In this document: piece after piece, positions 42,432 through 53,896 of the stretch
How the letters are laid out: each line of letters opens with the position of its first letter
Position numbering within the stretch: position 1 is the stretch's first letter
From: Eledone cirrhosa
Taxonomy: Eukaryota
Direction of reading: 5' to 3'
Length of the DNA: 64,000 nucleotides
NCBI GenBank assembly: GCA_964016885.1
Contig: OZ024744.1
Coordinates: 104,656,001 to 104,720,000, forward strand
Program-made: the position numbers and the translations under genes
Notes under the pieces: generated by a model
Told to the model about the DNA's origin: nothing
Database searches by the model: none
What the model saw: the letters and a program-made list of their open reading frames with translations, nothing else

Positions 42432-43100
42432 GATGATGATGATCATCATCTAGTTTTTGATTGTGCATGATACAAATAATCCCTAATTAAGGGTGGTCCT
42501 GCTTGACAGCACTCCTTAGCGTCCTGCTCTATGTGTTTCTGTCCACCAGTCTTACTTGGGCTAGGCCAAGCCTAACTTGATCCCGACAGACATCCTCCAT
42601 CCAAGTCCTTTTTGGTCTTCCTGGGTCTCTACTGCATTCTGGATCAACATTTATTATTTTGCTGATCCAGCCCTCACTGCGCTCAACATGGCCATACCAG
42701 TGCATGCGTCTTGTGTGAAGCACATCCTCGAGGTTGTCAATCAGCAGTCTTTTCAGGAGCCCAGTTGAGCTGACATCATTCTCAGCGGTCACACTGCACA
42801 TCCACATAGCTCTGTTATTTCTTCTGAGCCAATTCAGACAGTTGGATGACATTAACCAGGTCTCGATGGCGTGGAGCAACACGCTTCTCACACAGTCGTT
42901 GTAAATCTGCCCCTTGGTGACTAATGGCAGCGAGCGTGTCTTGAGGATTGGGAGAAGCTGCCTAAACTTGTACCATGCGGAGTTACACTGTGCAATGTCA
43001 GTTCGGCTCTATCTCCAGCTGACAACATGTCACCCAGGTAGCAGAAAGATGCCACCACTTCCAGCTTGTCCTCACCAACACCCACTTCTGTGAAAGGCCA
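42432..43100 (-). mobile_element. RTE LINE 3' end, second family, copy 1
   Basis: ORF 42529-42891 (SVLLHAIETW...RRMHWYGHVERS...GRPKRTW); (GAT)n tail; near-identical to 47897-48560. Confidence 0.9.
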
Positions 43101-43139
43101 ATGATAAGCCTAATTACTGTTATTACATCCTACAGTTGT

Positions 43140-44245
43140 GTTCAGTTTAGAATAGGTACACTGTATCCCTGCATGCTATATGATACCATCAGTATCCAGT
43201 TTAGAATAGGTACACCATATCCCTGCATGTTATATGAACAACAATGTTACATGATAGTGAGACCTGGGTGCTGTCTGTAGAAGACTTGTGTAGAATGGAA
43301 AGAAACAAAGCTTACATGCTCCGATGGATGTGTAATAGTAATATACGTGAACGGCAAAGCATGAACGAATTGAGAGAGAGAGACTGAACATAAGAGGAAT
43401 CAAATGCTGTGTGCAGGAGAGGCGGTTGCGCTGGTATGGACATGTGATGCGTATGAAGGATGACAGCTGTATAAAAAGGTGTAGAGCACTAGAAGTCGAT
43501 GAAAGCCGCAGAATGGGGAAACCCAACAAGACCTGGGATGAGGTGATAAAAGCAGACCTTACCCAATTACACCTCTCAAAGGTGATGATACACAACCGTG
43601 ACCTCTGGCGTCACACAGTAATACAGAAGACCCGACCCCCCCACGGGTACAAGCCGAAGCTGAAGCTTATAGACAACATGCCCCCACCCCTTCCCACTGT
43701 AAAGTGGTCGTGGAGGTGCCACAGCAAAAAAGCACCCAGACGACACTGTAAAGTGGACGTGGAGGTGCCATGGAAAAAAGCACCCAGTCCACACTGTAAA
43801 TGAGGTTGGTGTTAGGAAGAGCATCCAGCTGTAGAATCAGTTCCCATATGAGCAAGGGAAGGTCAGCCGACTGGACACTGCCCACAACAGGACAAGCCGT
43901 CTAACCCATGCTAGCGTTGAAGAACGAACGTAAAACAGTGATGATGATGATGTTATATGACACCATATATATATCCAGTTTAGAATAGGTGCACCATATC
44001 CCTGTATCTTATATGACACCAGATATATCCAGTTTAGAATAGGTGCACCATATCCCTGTATGTTATATGACACCAGATATATCCAGTTTAGAATAGGTGC
44101 ACCAGATATATCCAGTTTATAATAGGTGCACCAGATATATCCAGTTTAGAATAGGTACACCATATGTATCCAGTTTAGAATAGGTACATCATATCCCTGC
44201 ATGTTATATGAAGCCGTGTGTCTCCAGTTTAGAACAGGTACACCG
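43140..44245. repeat. About 54-bp minisatellite (ATATCCAGTTTAGAATAGGTGCACC...) split by an RTE insertion
   Basis: Units at 43140-43237 and 43953-44245; period 54 between 44021 and 44075, plus shortened units. Confidence 0.85.
43238..43952 (+). mobile_element. RTE LINE 3' end with 3' UTR and (GAT)n tail
   Basis: ORF 43411-43803 (QERRLRWYGHVMRMKDDSCIKRCR...GKPNKTWDEVIKAD); flanked by repeated atgttatatga (possible TSD or minisatellite unit). Confidence 0.88.
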
Positions 44246-44610
44246 GGCATCTGGCTGTAAAACATTGCCTCAAAATGTCTTTCCAACCCATACTAGCATA
44301 TAAAAATCAACGTAAAAACAATGATGATCATCACCATCATGATATTAGCTATGCTACTATCAAATAAAATAAATTTTATAATAATCTATCTTTACAACAC
44401 TGCATGGAAGCTAAAAGAAAATCATGAGTGTACCAGTGGGTTATTAATGATGGTTAATAAAAAAAAAAACTAGGATCATTCTAATATCTACAGTGATTTA
44501 CTGAGAAGTTTTATATAGTCTTTTATATATATACATATGTTTTAAATAAAAATAATATATATCAGACAGCTAAAATGACATTCAAGATTATTTGAATATT
44601 AGTAACTTAC

Positions 44611-44692
44611 TTAAAATGATCTTGTAGAGCAACATTCAAATCAAATGAATCACTTCTATCTGTAAAACCAATTCCGATTGAAGCACTTCGTT
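44611..44692 (-). CDS. NECAP: NECAP coding exon (E)[26 protein letters not shown](K)
   Basis: tttttAG acceptor, GTAAGT donor; 82 nt, phase 1 to phase 2; PHear-domain motif GIGFxDRxDxFDxNVxLQDHFK. Confidence 0.96.
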
Positions 44693-44891
44693 CTAAAAAC
44701 CAAAAATAGAATAATAAAAGAAATTTATTTAAGACAAACAGTTAAGCATTAAATAAAGTCAAATGTTTAAAACAGTATCTTCATAATTAACAATGTATAT
44801 AGAACTACATAATTTCTAACTTAGGCACAATGTCAGTAATTTTTTTTTTGATGGGGAGGGAAAGTCAGTTTAACCCTTTACCATCTTACTA

Positions 44892-46668
44892 CTAGCAGTT
44901 TAGCCCGGCGTTGCTCGGGTTTGTTCATTTGCTATGAAAAGTTACATACAGGTAAACGTGGCTTGAAAGCGAATAAGCTTATCAATTAAGTGCATAAAGC
45001 AGTTGAACCGGTTATTAAAAGTTACGAACCAATTAGCATTTTGGACAATCAATGATGGGTTAATAATCTTCCAATAGCGAATTTAGCAGACCAAAGTTGC
45101 AAGATGATGGCCCTGATGCCACTCGGTGTCAGATCTGTCCGCCATGGGTGACCCTACCAGGAAATAGTTTTCCAGACAGCATAGCTCCAACACCTCCAAC
45201 ACCTGCACCAACATCTATAGCACCTCTTTGTAGACGATATTGCGTGTCATCCCTTGAGGAGTGTAAGCAAAAAGTCCATTCCTGCTCCCTATGCGGGAAC
45301 AGGCAACATAGAGTTGGCCATGGGAAAAGCATTGCTCCCCCAAATGGATGCCCGCCACCGACAATGTTTGCCCTTGTGACTGGTTAATGGACATGGCAAA
45401 ACATGGTCTCACCTGGAATTGGGATTGCCGGAAATCGAACGGGATATCTGACGCCGAGGGGAAAAGGTTCATCATTGGCAGTGAATTCGGCAGAATTGCC
45501 AGAAGTACAACACTATGGGTGTTGTCATATTAATATTTAACCAATTAAAGCCGTAAAAAATAAATAATTTAAACATTCCGATTCATATGTCTATAGCATT
45601 AATCTGTTATATGAAGTGCTATTTTGTGGGTTGTTATTTGCAATAAGCCGATTTAAAAAGCCCCAGAAAAGCTGTATGTCAATACGGAACTCCAATGACT
45701 CCCCCAGCAGTTAAATTATAGAGAGGGGATATAATCTATTATAGAGAGAGGAAAGAGCGGCGGAGAGAGTAAAGCTAAGAAACTATAGGGAGGTGTGTAA
45801 AACAGTGAGTGTCATATAGAGAGTGAAGAGCGACAGAGAGAGTAAAGCAGTTAAATTATAGAGAGGGGCAATGATCTGTTATAGAGAGAGGGAAGAGCAA
45901 CGGAGAGAGTAAAGCTAAGAAACTATAGGGAGGTGTGTTAAACCTCAAAGCATGAAGAGAGTAAAGCAGTTAAATTATAGAGAGGGGGAATGATTTATTA
46001 TAGAGAGAGGGAAGAGCGACGGAGAGAGTAAAGTTAAGAAACAATAGGGAGGTGTGTTAAACTTCAAAGCATGAAGAGAGTAAAGCAGTAACTTATAGAG
46101 AGGGGAATAATCTATTATAGAGAGAGGGAAGAGTGATGGAGAGAGTAAAGCTATGTTTGTTGTTGTATAAATTGATGTGTTGCTTAGTTTTCAAAATTTA
46201 TGTCGTGTTCCTGAACGAAGTTTTGTCGCTGTTCTAAACTGTAATGGTGATAGGGTAGTAGAGGGAGGCATTAACCTTTTAAAGAGAGTTGCAGAGGAGA
46301 TTGAGAGGGGAGTAGAGGGAGGGATGAACCTTTTAAAGAGAGTTGCAGAGGAGATAGAGAGGGGAGAAGAGGGAGGGATGAACCTTTTAAAAGGAGTTGC
46401 AACATGTATGTAGTTTCATAGATTGTTGAAGGTAGTAGAGAGAGGGATTAAGCGTGTAAGAGAGAGGGTTACAGCATGTATTTAGTTTTATCGATTTTTT
46501 TTCATAGAAGCAGGAAATGTTTGGCAAAGTTTATTACGTGTTGACCATCGTTGGTAAATTTGGAGCACATTTGAAAAAAAAATCATCAAAACCGGTAGAG
46601 AAATGTGGAAATGCATAAAAATCATACACACATACAGACAGACATCTTCCGTTTTATCTATAGAGAGA
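44892..46668 (-). mobile_element. Non-autonomous Helitron carrying a PIF1 helicase fragment
   Basis: Minus strand begins A|TC at 46668 and ends with hairpin CCCGAGCAACGCCGGG then CTAG|T at 44892; ORF 45215-45475 (FAMSINQSQGQTL...FSHGQLYVACSR) has PIF1 C-terminal motifs; internal about 120-bp and 51-bp tandem repeats. Confidence 0.88.
45215..45475 (-). pseudogene. PIF1-family (RepHel) helicase C-terminal fragment
   Basis: Motifs AMSINQSQGQTL and FSHGQLYVACSR. Confidence 0.85.
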
Positions 46669-47314
46669 TTATATTTTCACAGTAAAGGCTTTACCTCACA
46701 TAATATCAAATCTATGAGATTTTGATATTATTTATTTTGAGAACAATACCTTAACATCAGTATGAGTGGCCAGTTACAGCTGGTTTGAACAGAAAGCGGT
46801 GATAGAATTCTGGTCGGATATGGCCGGTTTAAATGCTAAAGGGTTAAATCAACTTCAATATTTGACTGGTACTTTATTTTATCAACCCCTGAGGGGTGAA
46901 AGGAAACATTGGCCTCGAGGTGTGTAGAGGCATATTCATGATATTCAAGTAAAACATCAGCAATTACCCCAGTCCATTACTGGTACAGCAAAACACTGAG
47001 CATCATAGAAGAGATGATTCATGATCATATAATGAAAACAATTGACCTTAAAGTGTGTTTAAACAATCATAATGATATTGATGATTTAAATCTTCGTGGT
47101 CTATTAAACACTTTAAACTATATTCAATATGTGAACTTGAGTGCAAAATAAAGTTATAAAACAGTTAACAAAAATACAGTCCAACCCTTGCTAGTAGGGA
47201 AAGCAGACGTTAAAACAAGGATGATAGTAAGCTGTAACATAGTAAATTATCAGATATTAAATAAATTAGAAAAAAAAGATTTGTAATAATTGTAAATTTT
47301 GAAATGTTTCTTAC

Positions 47315-47416
47315 CCCCTTCTTTGATCCGAATTACAAAGTATCTACTGGAATCCAACACAGGTTCGATAGCTACACCGGGGTAGGAATCTACAGGACAT
47401 TTTGCAAATTCTTCAC
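47315..47416 (-). CDS. NECAP: NECAP coding exon (G)[33 protein letters not shown]
   Basis: ttttatcAG acceptor, GTAAG donor; 102 nt, phase 1 to phase 1; [10 protein letters not shown] motif. Confidence 0.97.
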
Positions 47417-47896
47417 CTGATAAAACCAAATAGAAAACTTTAATTTAGATATACAGCAATTATGGATAAATTCATGGTTCCGAGGTGTTGCAAGGTAATC
47501 TACTCTAACTTTAGGAAACCTGACAGCCACTTAAACACATAACCAAATTGACTTTGTATTCACCAGGAAATGGATCCAATAGATGATTGTGAATGCTAAG
47601 CCTGTCCACATTGGTGAATGTACCTCGGAATATAGTCTAGCAATTTGTGACTTCAGGGTAAGGGCTACATGTCCCTAGAGGCATGAGTTAGTGAATCTAG
47701 GAAAGGAAAATATGGAAACTGATGGCGACACCAATCAATTGTGGGTTCACAGAAGTTTAAAGTGACATATAGGAGGGAAAAGGAAAGAAGTAGAGAAAAA
47801 GTAGGGGTTTTCAAGGGAGACAACCTGCTGAAGGCTGTAAACCAGATCTGTGGTTAGGGCAGTTCTATCCAGATGGAAAGTGACATAGTTGTGGAA

Positions 47897-48775
47897 TCAT
47901 CATCATCATCAAGTTTTTGAATATGCATGATACAAATAATCCCTAATTAAGGGTGGTCCTGCTTGACAGCACTCCTTAGCATCCTGCTCCATGTGTTTCT
48001 GTCACCAGTCTTACTTGGGTTAGGCCAAGCCTAACTTGATCCAGACAGACATCCTCCATCATAGTCCTTTTTGGTCTTCCTGGGTCTCTACTGCATTCTG
48101 GATCAGCATTCATCACTTTACTGATCCAGCCCTCACTGCGCTCAACATGGCCATACCAGTGCATGCGTCTTGTGTGAAGCACATCCTCGAGGTTGTCAAT
48201 CAGCAGTCTTTTCAGGAGCCCAGTTGAGCTGACATCATTCTCAGCGGTCACACTGCACATCCACATAGCTCTGTTATTTCTTCTGAGCCAATTCAGACAG
48301 TTGGATGACATTAACCAGGTCTCGATGGCATGGAGCAACACACTTCTCACACAGTTGTTGTAAATCTGTCCCTTCGTGACTAATGGCAGCCAGCGTATTT
48401 CGAGGATTGGGAGAAGCTGCCTAAACTTGTTCCATGCGGAGTTACACTGTGCAATGTCAGTTCGGCTCTATCTCCAGCTGACAACATGTCACCCAGGTAG
48501 CAGAAAGATGCCACCACTTCCAGCTTGTCCTCACCAACAGACTCCTCTGTGAAAGGGTAACCGTCAATAGGCCTTGCTCTTCAGACATCACCTCTTGCAT
48601 CTGAAATCGTCCATGTACATTAGTCCATCGGTTAGACCATTGCATCTCTTATGCACCCACATAGAGCAACCCCTACAGAAAACCGCACCTCGACCTGTGC
48701 CCCTGAGACAAACAGTACTTGGCTCCCTGCCCGATTTCCGGAGACTGTCCCGGTCAGAACCAGAGATCAGAACCT
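47897..48775 (-). mobile_element. RTE LINE 3' end, second family, copy 2 (longer)
   Basis: ORF 47976-48350 nearly identical to 42529-42891; upstream zinc finger FCRGCSMWVHKRCNGL...FRCKR. Confidence 0.9.
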
Positions 48776-48779
48776 GGGC

Positions 48780-49030
48780 AAGGAATAGTGAATTAGAAAA
48801 ACTGAGAAACAGGCATGAGGGGATTTGGATTGCAAAGCAATGTACTGGAGAGACTAAAGTAAGGGGAAGACGCAGTAGAGGTAGACGAAGGATGACCTGG
48901 GTAGAGGTAGCGAGAGCTGATATCAACTTGTTGAAACTCACAGAGGGGATGACAAAGGAATGTGACGATTGGAGAGATGACGTGCTAGAAAGACCAGTCC
49001 AACACATACAAGTATGGGACAGCAGACACG
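48780..49030 (+). mobile_element. Degenerate RTE LINE 3' fragment
   Basis: WIAKQC...GRRSRGRRRMTWVEVARADI resembles the RTE C-terminus. Confidence 0.6.
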
Positions 49031-49149
49031 TCCATTTTTGCTAAGTTTACTTTCAGCCCTTTTTATTTTAAGTTCTGCTTCAACAGCTGGAATTTATTCT
49101 CTAGTTCTTCCATAGATTCAGTTAAGATGACCAGATCAGTGTAGAGAGA

Positions 49150-49265
49150 GGGGTTCCCATGGACAACTAGTCTTAAACTCCTCTTTTATGGTCTGGAGAA
49201 TTATAACAGAAGTGGGCTAAGAACTGAACCCCTGTGTACTGTTACCTGTACCGTGAATCCATCAT
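49150..49265 (-). mobile_element. RTE RT fragment
   Basis: Minus-strand QGFSS/PLL and SCPWEP remnants, similar to 40770-40865. Confidence 0.55.
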
Positions 49266-49431
49266 TAAACTCTCTACCTACACTCATAATATATCTTAAT
49301 AATTTCTAGACTGTAACATCTCTAAATAATATCATTTGTAATATATTTTTTATAATGTACTTTACTATGATCTCTTATTCATAAATTGTAAGTTTACATA
49401 ACCATTCACTAACATAAGAAATTCCTTATAC

Positions 49432-49532
49432 CTGATACTTTGTCTTCTAACTTCAACATGAGTTCTTTACCCTTGTAGGTAATTCTCAATCTTCCAGTCC
49501 AATCAGGGGCATCCAGTTTCCAATCAGAAGCC
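49432..49532 (-). CDS. NECAP: NECAP coding exon (R)[33 protein letters not shown](G)
   Basis: Polypyrimidine tract plus AG at 49534-49533, GT donor at 49431-49430; 101 nt, phase 2 to phase 1; [16 protein letters not shown] is the NECAP PHear motif. Confidence 0.97.
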
Positions 49533-49584
49533 CTATTTTTAGAAAAGAAAAGAAAAATCAATGAATATTGAAACATTGCTGGAA

Positions 49585-49942
49585 TCTATATATAAATCCG
49601 AGCGACTTCCGTCCGTCACACAATGTGTATGTTTGTGGTGATGTATGTGTGTGTAAAAGGAAGGAAGAGAATGGTGAAAAACTATAGCAAAACAGCATCT
49701 AGCGTTCCATTTGCTACACTGTGAGTGAGTGTAAATGTTTGTGTGTTTGTGTGAATGTATGTATATGTTTGTGTGAATGTATGTGTAATTGTGTGAATGT
49801 ATGTCTGTGAGTGTGTATTTTTTTAAGTGTGCCTGTGTTTGCACATTTATATTTATATACTTATATATATAACTGTATGCATATGCACATATATACACAC
49901 ACACATATACATATACACGTCAGCGTGTTGAAAAAATCCTAG
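49585..49942 (+). mobile_element. Short non-autonomous Helitron
   Basis: Starts A|TCTATATATAAA; ends hairpin ACACG-TCAG-CGTGT then CTAG|T; inserted between A and T. Confidence 0.7.
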
Positions 49943-50109
49943 TAAATATAAGATATTAGAGTATATCACCATCATCAGCAGCAACAAGTTGAATACCCAG
50001 GATTGCTAACCTTGGTATATTACAGGTGTGTAATATTAAATTATTGAAGAAATATAAATAATATATCAGAACATATAAGCAGCATAGATTGCCATCTTTG
50101 GTAAACTAC

Positions 50110-50153
<44 letters not shown>

Positions 50154-50289
50154 CTGTACTTTGAATCCCTTACTAAACCCACTTCCTACTCTCACTTTAC
50201 TGACAGCTCCTCTGTACATGACTTACACTGCTTTCACAAGCCATTCTTCTACACCTAATTTCCTTAAGGACCACCAAATAACAGATTAA

Positions 50290-51770
50290 AGTATTCTGTC
50301 AAAGGCCTTTAGTAGATCAACAAAAACTAAATATAGTGACTTATTTTTGGCAAAGGACTTCTCTTGTAGTTGTTTCACTAAGAAGAAGGCATCTGTTGTA
50401 CTCCTTCCTGACACAAAACTGAATTGAATCTCATCAAATTTGACTCATTCCCTAATTAGTTGTGCTATAAGTCTTTCTGTCACTTTCATAACTTGGTCCA
50501 TTTGTCTTATTCCTCTATGGTTGCTCCTTTCTGGAATACCACCTTTGTCCTTATAGCAATTTATGATTGTACTGCTGTACCAGTCATTGGGTATGTCACT
50601 GTCATGTATTATCTGATTGACTATGTAGGTGACAACTGTACTGCTGCACCAGTCATTGGGTATGACACTGTCATGTATTACCTGATTGACTATACAGGTG
50701 ACAATTGTAGTGCTGTACCAGTCATTAGGTATGACACTGTCATGTATTACCTGATTGACTATGTAGGTGACAACTGTACTGCTGTACCAGTCATTAGGTA
50801 TGACACTGTACTGTATTACCTGATTGACTATGTAGGTGACAATTGTACTGATGTACCAGTCATTAGATATGACACCATCCTGTATTACCTGATTGACTAT
50901 GTAGATGACAACTGTACTGCTGTACCAGTCATTGGGTATGACACCACCCTGTATTACCTGATTGACTATGTAGGTGACAATTGTATTGCAGTACCAGTCA
51001 TTATGTATGACACCACCCTGTATTACCTGATAGACTATGTAGGTGACAATTGAACTGCTGCACCAGTCATTAGGTATGACACCACCCTGTATTACCTGAT
51101 TGACTATGTAGGTGACAATTGTATTGCAGTACCAGTCATTATGTATGACACCACCCTGTATTACCTGATAGACTATGTAGGTGACAATTGAACTGCTGCA
51201 CCAGTCATTAGGTATGACACCACCCTGTATTACCTGATTGACTATGTAGGTGACAATTGTACTGCTGCACCAGTCATTGGGTATGACACCACCCTGTATT
51301 ACCTGATTGACTATACAGGTTACTAGTTTGACTCCTACTTCTCTCGATGCTTTTAACATCTCAGCAACTATCTCTGATGATCCTGCTGATTTACCATCCT
51401 TCATCTCTCTGATTGCTTCTTTGACCCTATAACTGTCTACTTCAATAGCTGGTCCTTCTGTTGGGTAAGCTGGGGGTAGTCTCTCTTTCTCCCATAATAA
51501 CATTTCCAGGCCTCTTTCTTTCGAGCACCAGTGGTGCTAAATGTATCAGCGTAATTTTTAACACACCTTTCCCCAACAACATCTTGATTCACAAAGACAC
51601 AGCCATGTAATGCAGAACAACTCATGTCTTGGATCCTCACATTACAAGACATTGGCAAACTTTCTTTCTTCAGCCTCTCTTCAAGCTGTGTATACCTGTT
51701 GTCCAGCTTCTCCCCTGGCTACCTGGTACTGGTCTTTGCTACTCCCATTTTCCCGGTCTAATTTCATTTT
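50290..51770 (-). mobile_element. RTE LINE fragment (pre-RT region) with internal tandem amplification
   Basis: ORF 50445-51503 (EAIREMKDGKSAGSSEIVAEMLKA...YKDKG...NHRGI); FVDLLKAFDR downstream. Confidence 0.9.
50558..51323. repeat. 69-bp tandem repeat, 11 copies, made of RTE coding sequence
   Basis: 23-aa unit IVNQVIQGGVIPNDWCSSTIVTY occurs 11 times in frame. Confidence 0.95.
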
Positions 51771-52030
51771 CCAGCTGAGCCAGCCGATAGCTCTATATTC
51801 AAATGATGCTAATCAGTCCATGTACATAGGCATCTAAACTATATCTTTTCGCTCATATTGAGTTCCAGCAGAGAGCAAGGTAAGCAGTACTAGCTTGTTA
51901 ATGACCAGAGTCAGAAACAGTGACGTCATTGTTATCAACAGTTACCCACCCTTAGCTTCTGCTGAAATCCACTGGATGGCGCTACACTATCAGTTTCCAA
52001 ATTCATAGCTGAAGGCTTTCAAAATGTTTA

Positions 52031-52197
52031 TTTATAAACATACTGTATAATACCAGATATATACATTCACATATATATACATTTATATATACATTTATAA
52101 AGATACTGTATAATGCCAGATATATACATTCACATATATATACATTTATATATACATTTATAAACATACTGTATAATGCCAGATATATACATTCACA
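52031..52197. repeat. 63-bp AT-rich tandem repeat, about 2.7 copies
   Basis: tttataa..atactgtataa at 52031, 52094 and 52157. Confidence 0.85.
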
Positions 52198-52244
52198 GCT
52201 AGCGTGGAAGGTGGATGTTAAATGACGATGATGGTGATCATGAC

Positions 52245-53000
52245 TCAGTTTGGATACTCCTGTCGCCCGTCATTTCTGTTCTCCTGGTCATTCTGCCCTA
52301 CATGTTTCAGTCCTGGGTGTCCTTTTACATCATGGGTCACAGGCCTCGCGCACCGGGACTGAACAAAGACTGATTCACTGCCTTGGGTCCTATTCCCCTC
52401 TTGAACTCACACCCCTAGATTCCTATTGCTTTCTCTTGGTCATTAACATCTTCTCTTACAACTAATACAAGACGACTATATATGCTCACTCCACTTTTCC
52501 CTTCACTCTCTGTATACACACACATACACACCCTTATATTAACATACTTTTGCTCATGGCTCCATACTTACATGCACACACACTCTTTTACTTACATATA
52601 CACACACATTTCTTCTTAGCTTCATACAGACCTATAATAACACACACATGCTTACACACGTGCTCAAGTATAGCTCTTTTTACAAAACGTTTTTTATTCC
52701 ATTTCAGGTAGACGCTCCATCATCCACTTTTCTAAAAAAATAAATCATACACAAAACGCCAGCACCAACAGTTTTGCAAGAGATGTCAACATGAATGGAC
52801 CTGTTATTTTTATCTAAAGACATTTTTTCCAATTCCACCCCGCCCGTCCCCTCAATCTATTTTATTTCTCATTCTTTCTTCTGATGAAGGACTAGCGTCC
52901 GAAACGTTAAGACCCACTTCCTGCTATTTCAAGCATTAAACTAATATATTCCTTCCATATACTGTAGCGATTGTGTTGTTATTTCTGTTTACCTTTTACA
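52245..53000 (+). mobile_element. Penelope-like element 3' remnant (GIY-YIG C-terminus plus pLTR)
   Basis: ORF 52250-52465 (PVARHFCSPGHS...EQRLIHCLGS) resembles PLE endonuclease ends; hammerhead motif downstream; ends in (TACA)/(TA)n. Confidence 0.75.
52877..52912 (+). ncRNA. Minimal type I hammerhead ribozyme (PLE type)
   Basis: TCTT-CTGATGA-A-GGAC-TAGC-GTCC-GAAAC-GTT-AAGA: intact core, 4-bp stem II, stem I TCTT/AAGA, palindromic AACGTT in place of stem III. Confidence 0.8.
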
Positions 53001-53005
53001 TACAC

Positions 53006-53059
<54 letters not shown>

Positions 53060-53064
<5 letters not shown>

Positions 53065-53410
53065 CATCTCATTTTATCATCTCATTTTACGTCCACTTTT
53101 CCATGCTTGCAAGGGTGGGACGGGAACTGATTCTGGCATGATTTCTACAGCTGGATGCCCTTCCTAACACCAACCTCATTTACAGTGAGTGCTGGGTGCT
53201 TTTTTGCCGTGGCACCTCCACGACCACTTTGCAGTGGAATGATATGGACCCCAGTCCCTATCATCTCATTTCTACAGCTGAGTAAACTGGAGCAATGTGA
53301 AATAAAGTGTCTTGCTCAAGGAAACAACACATCACCCGGACTGAGAATTGAACTCACAACCTTTCGATTGCAAGGCCAATGCTCTAACCACTAAGCCATG
53401 TGCCTCCATG
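53060..53410 (-). mobile_element. tRNA-headed SINE with RTE-like 3' end
   Basis: Minus strand starts tggcttagtggttagagcattggccttgcaatcgaaaggttgtgagttcaattc (A/B boxes); related copies at 55515-55740, 58315-58490 and 61780-62177. Confidence 0.85.
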
Positions 53411-53445
53411 TATATATATAAATATATATATATAAATATATATAT

Positions 53446-53810
53446 ATATACAATATTAAACAAATGGAAACTATATTTATAAAACCATATTTATTTCATT
53501 ATACATATTTCGGGGATACCATATTAAAAATATGGCATGCCTTCTTCAGATAAAATACAATATATAAACAGTTTTATAAATAATTTTGACGTACCATAAA
53601 TATTGAGCAACCGTTATGTAGGAAGCCGGTTTCCTACATAACGGTTGCTCAATATTTATGGTACGTCAAAATTATTTATAAAACTGTTTATATATTGTAT
53701 TTTATCTGAAGAAGGCATGCCATATTTTTAATATGGGTATCCCCGAAATATGTATAATGAAATAAATATGGTTTTATAAATATAGTTTCCATTTGTTTAA
53801 TATTGTATAT
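53446..53810. repeat. Near-perfect 365-bp palindrome, probably inverted PLE pLTRs
   Basis: Arms of about 182 bp with no spacer, centre GGAAG-CCGG-TTTCC at 53627/53628; one 1-nt indel and one central mismatch seen. Confidence 0.92.
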
Positions 53811-53896
53811 CTAATCCAAAACTTGTCGAGTGCTTTATATCAGTTATAAAATATTTACTTGTTGTAACCCAACAATTTTAAATAAAACTTTTGCAT

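Larger units (their letters stand above)
44874..46843. mobile_element. piggyBac-like MITE interrupted by a Helitron
   Basis: TTAA at 44870-44873 and 46844-46847; TIRs CCCTTTACCAT / ATGCTAAAGGG with one mismatch. Confidence 0.75.

Noticed and set aside
43700-43840. Twister ribozyme before the recurring GGTGTTAGGAAGGGCATCCAGCTGTAGAA motif
   Set aside because: Conserved twister nucleotides and pseudoknots could not be fitted; needs a covariance-model search.
48574-49044. Overlapping ORFs of 156 and 139 aa as a gene
   Set aside because: Chimeric read-through across two oppositely oriented RTE fragments.
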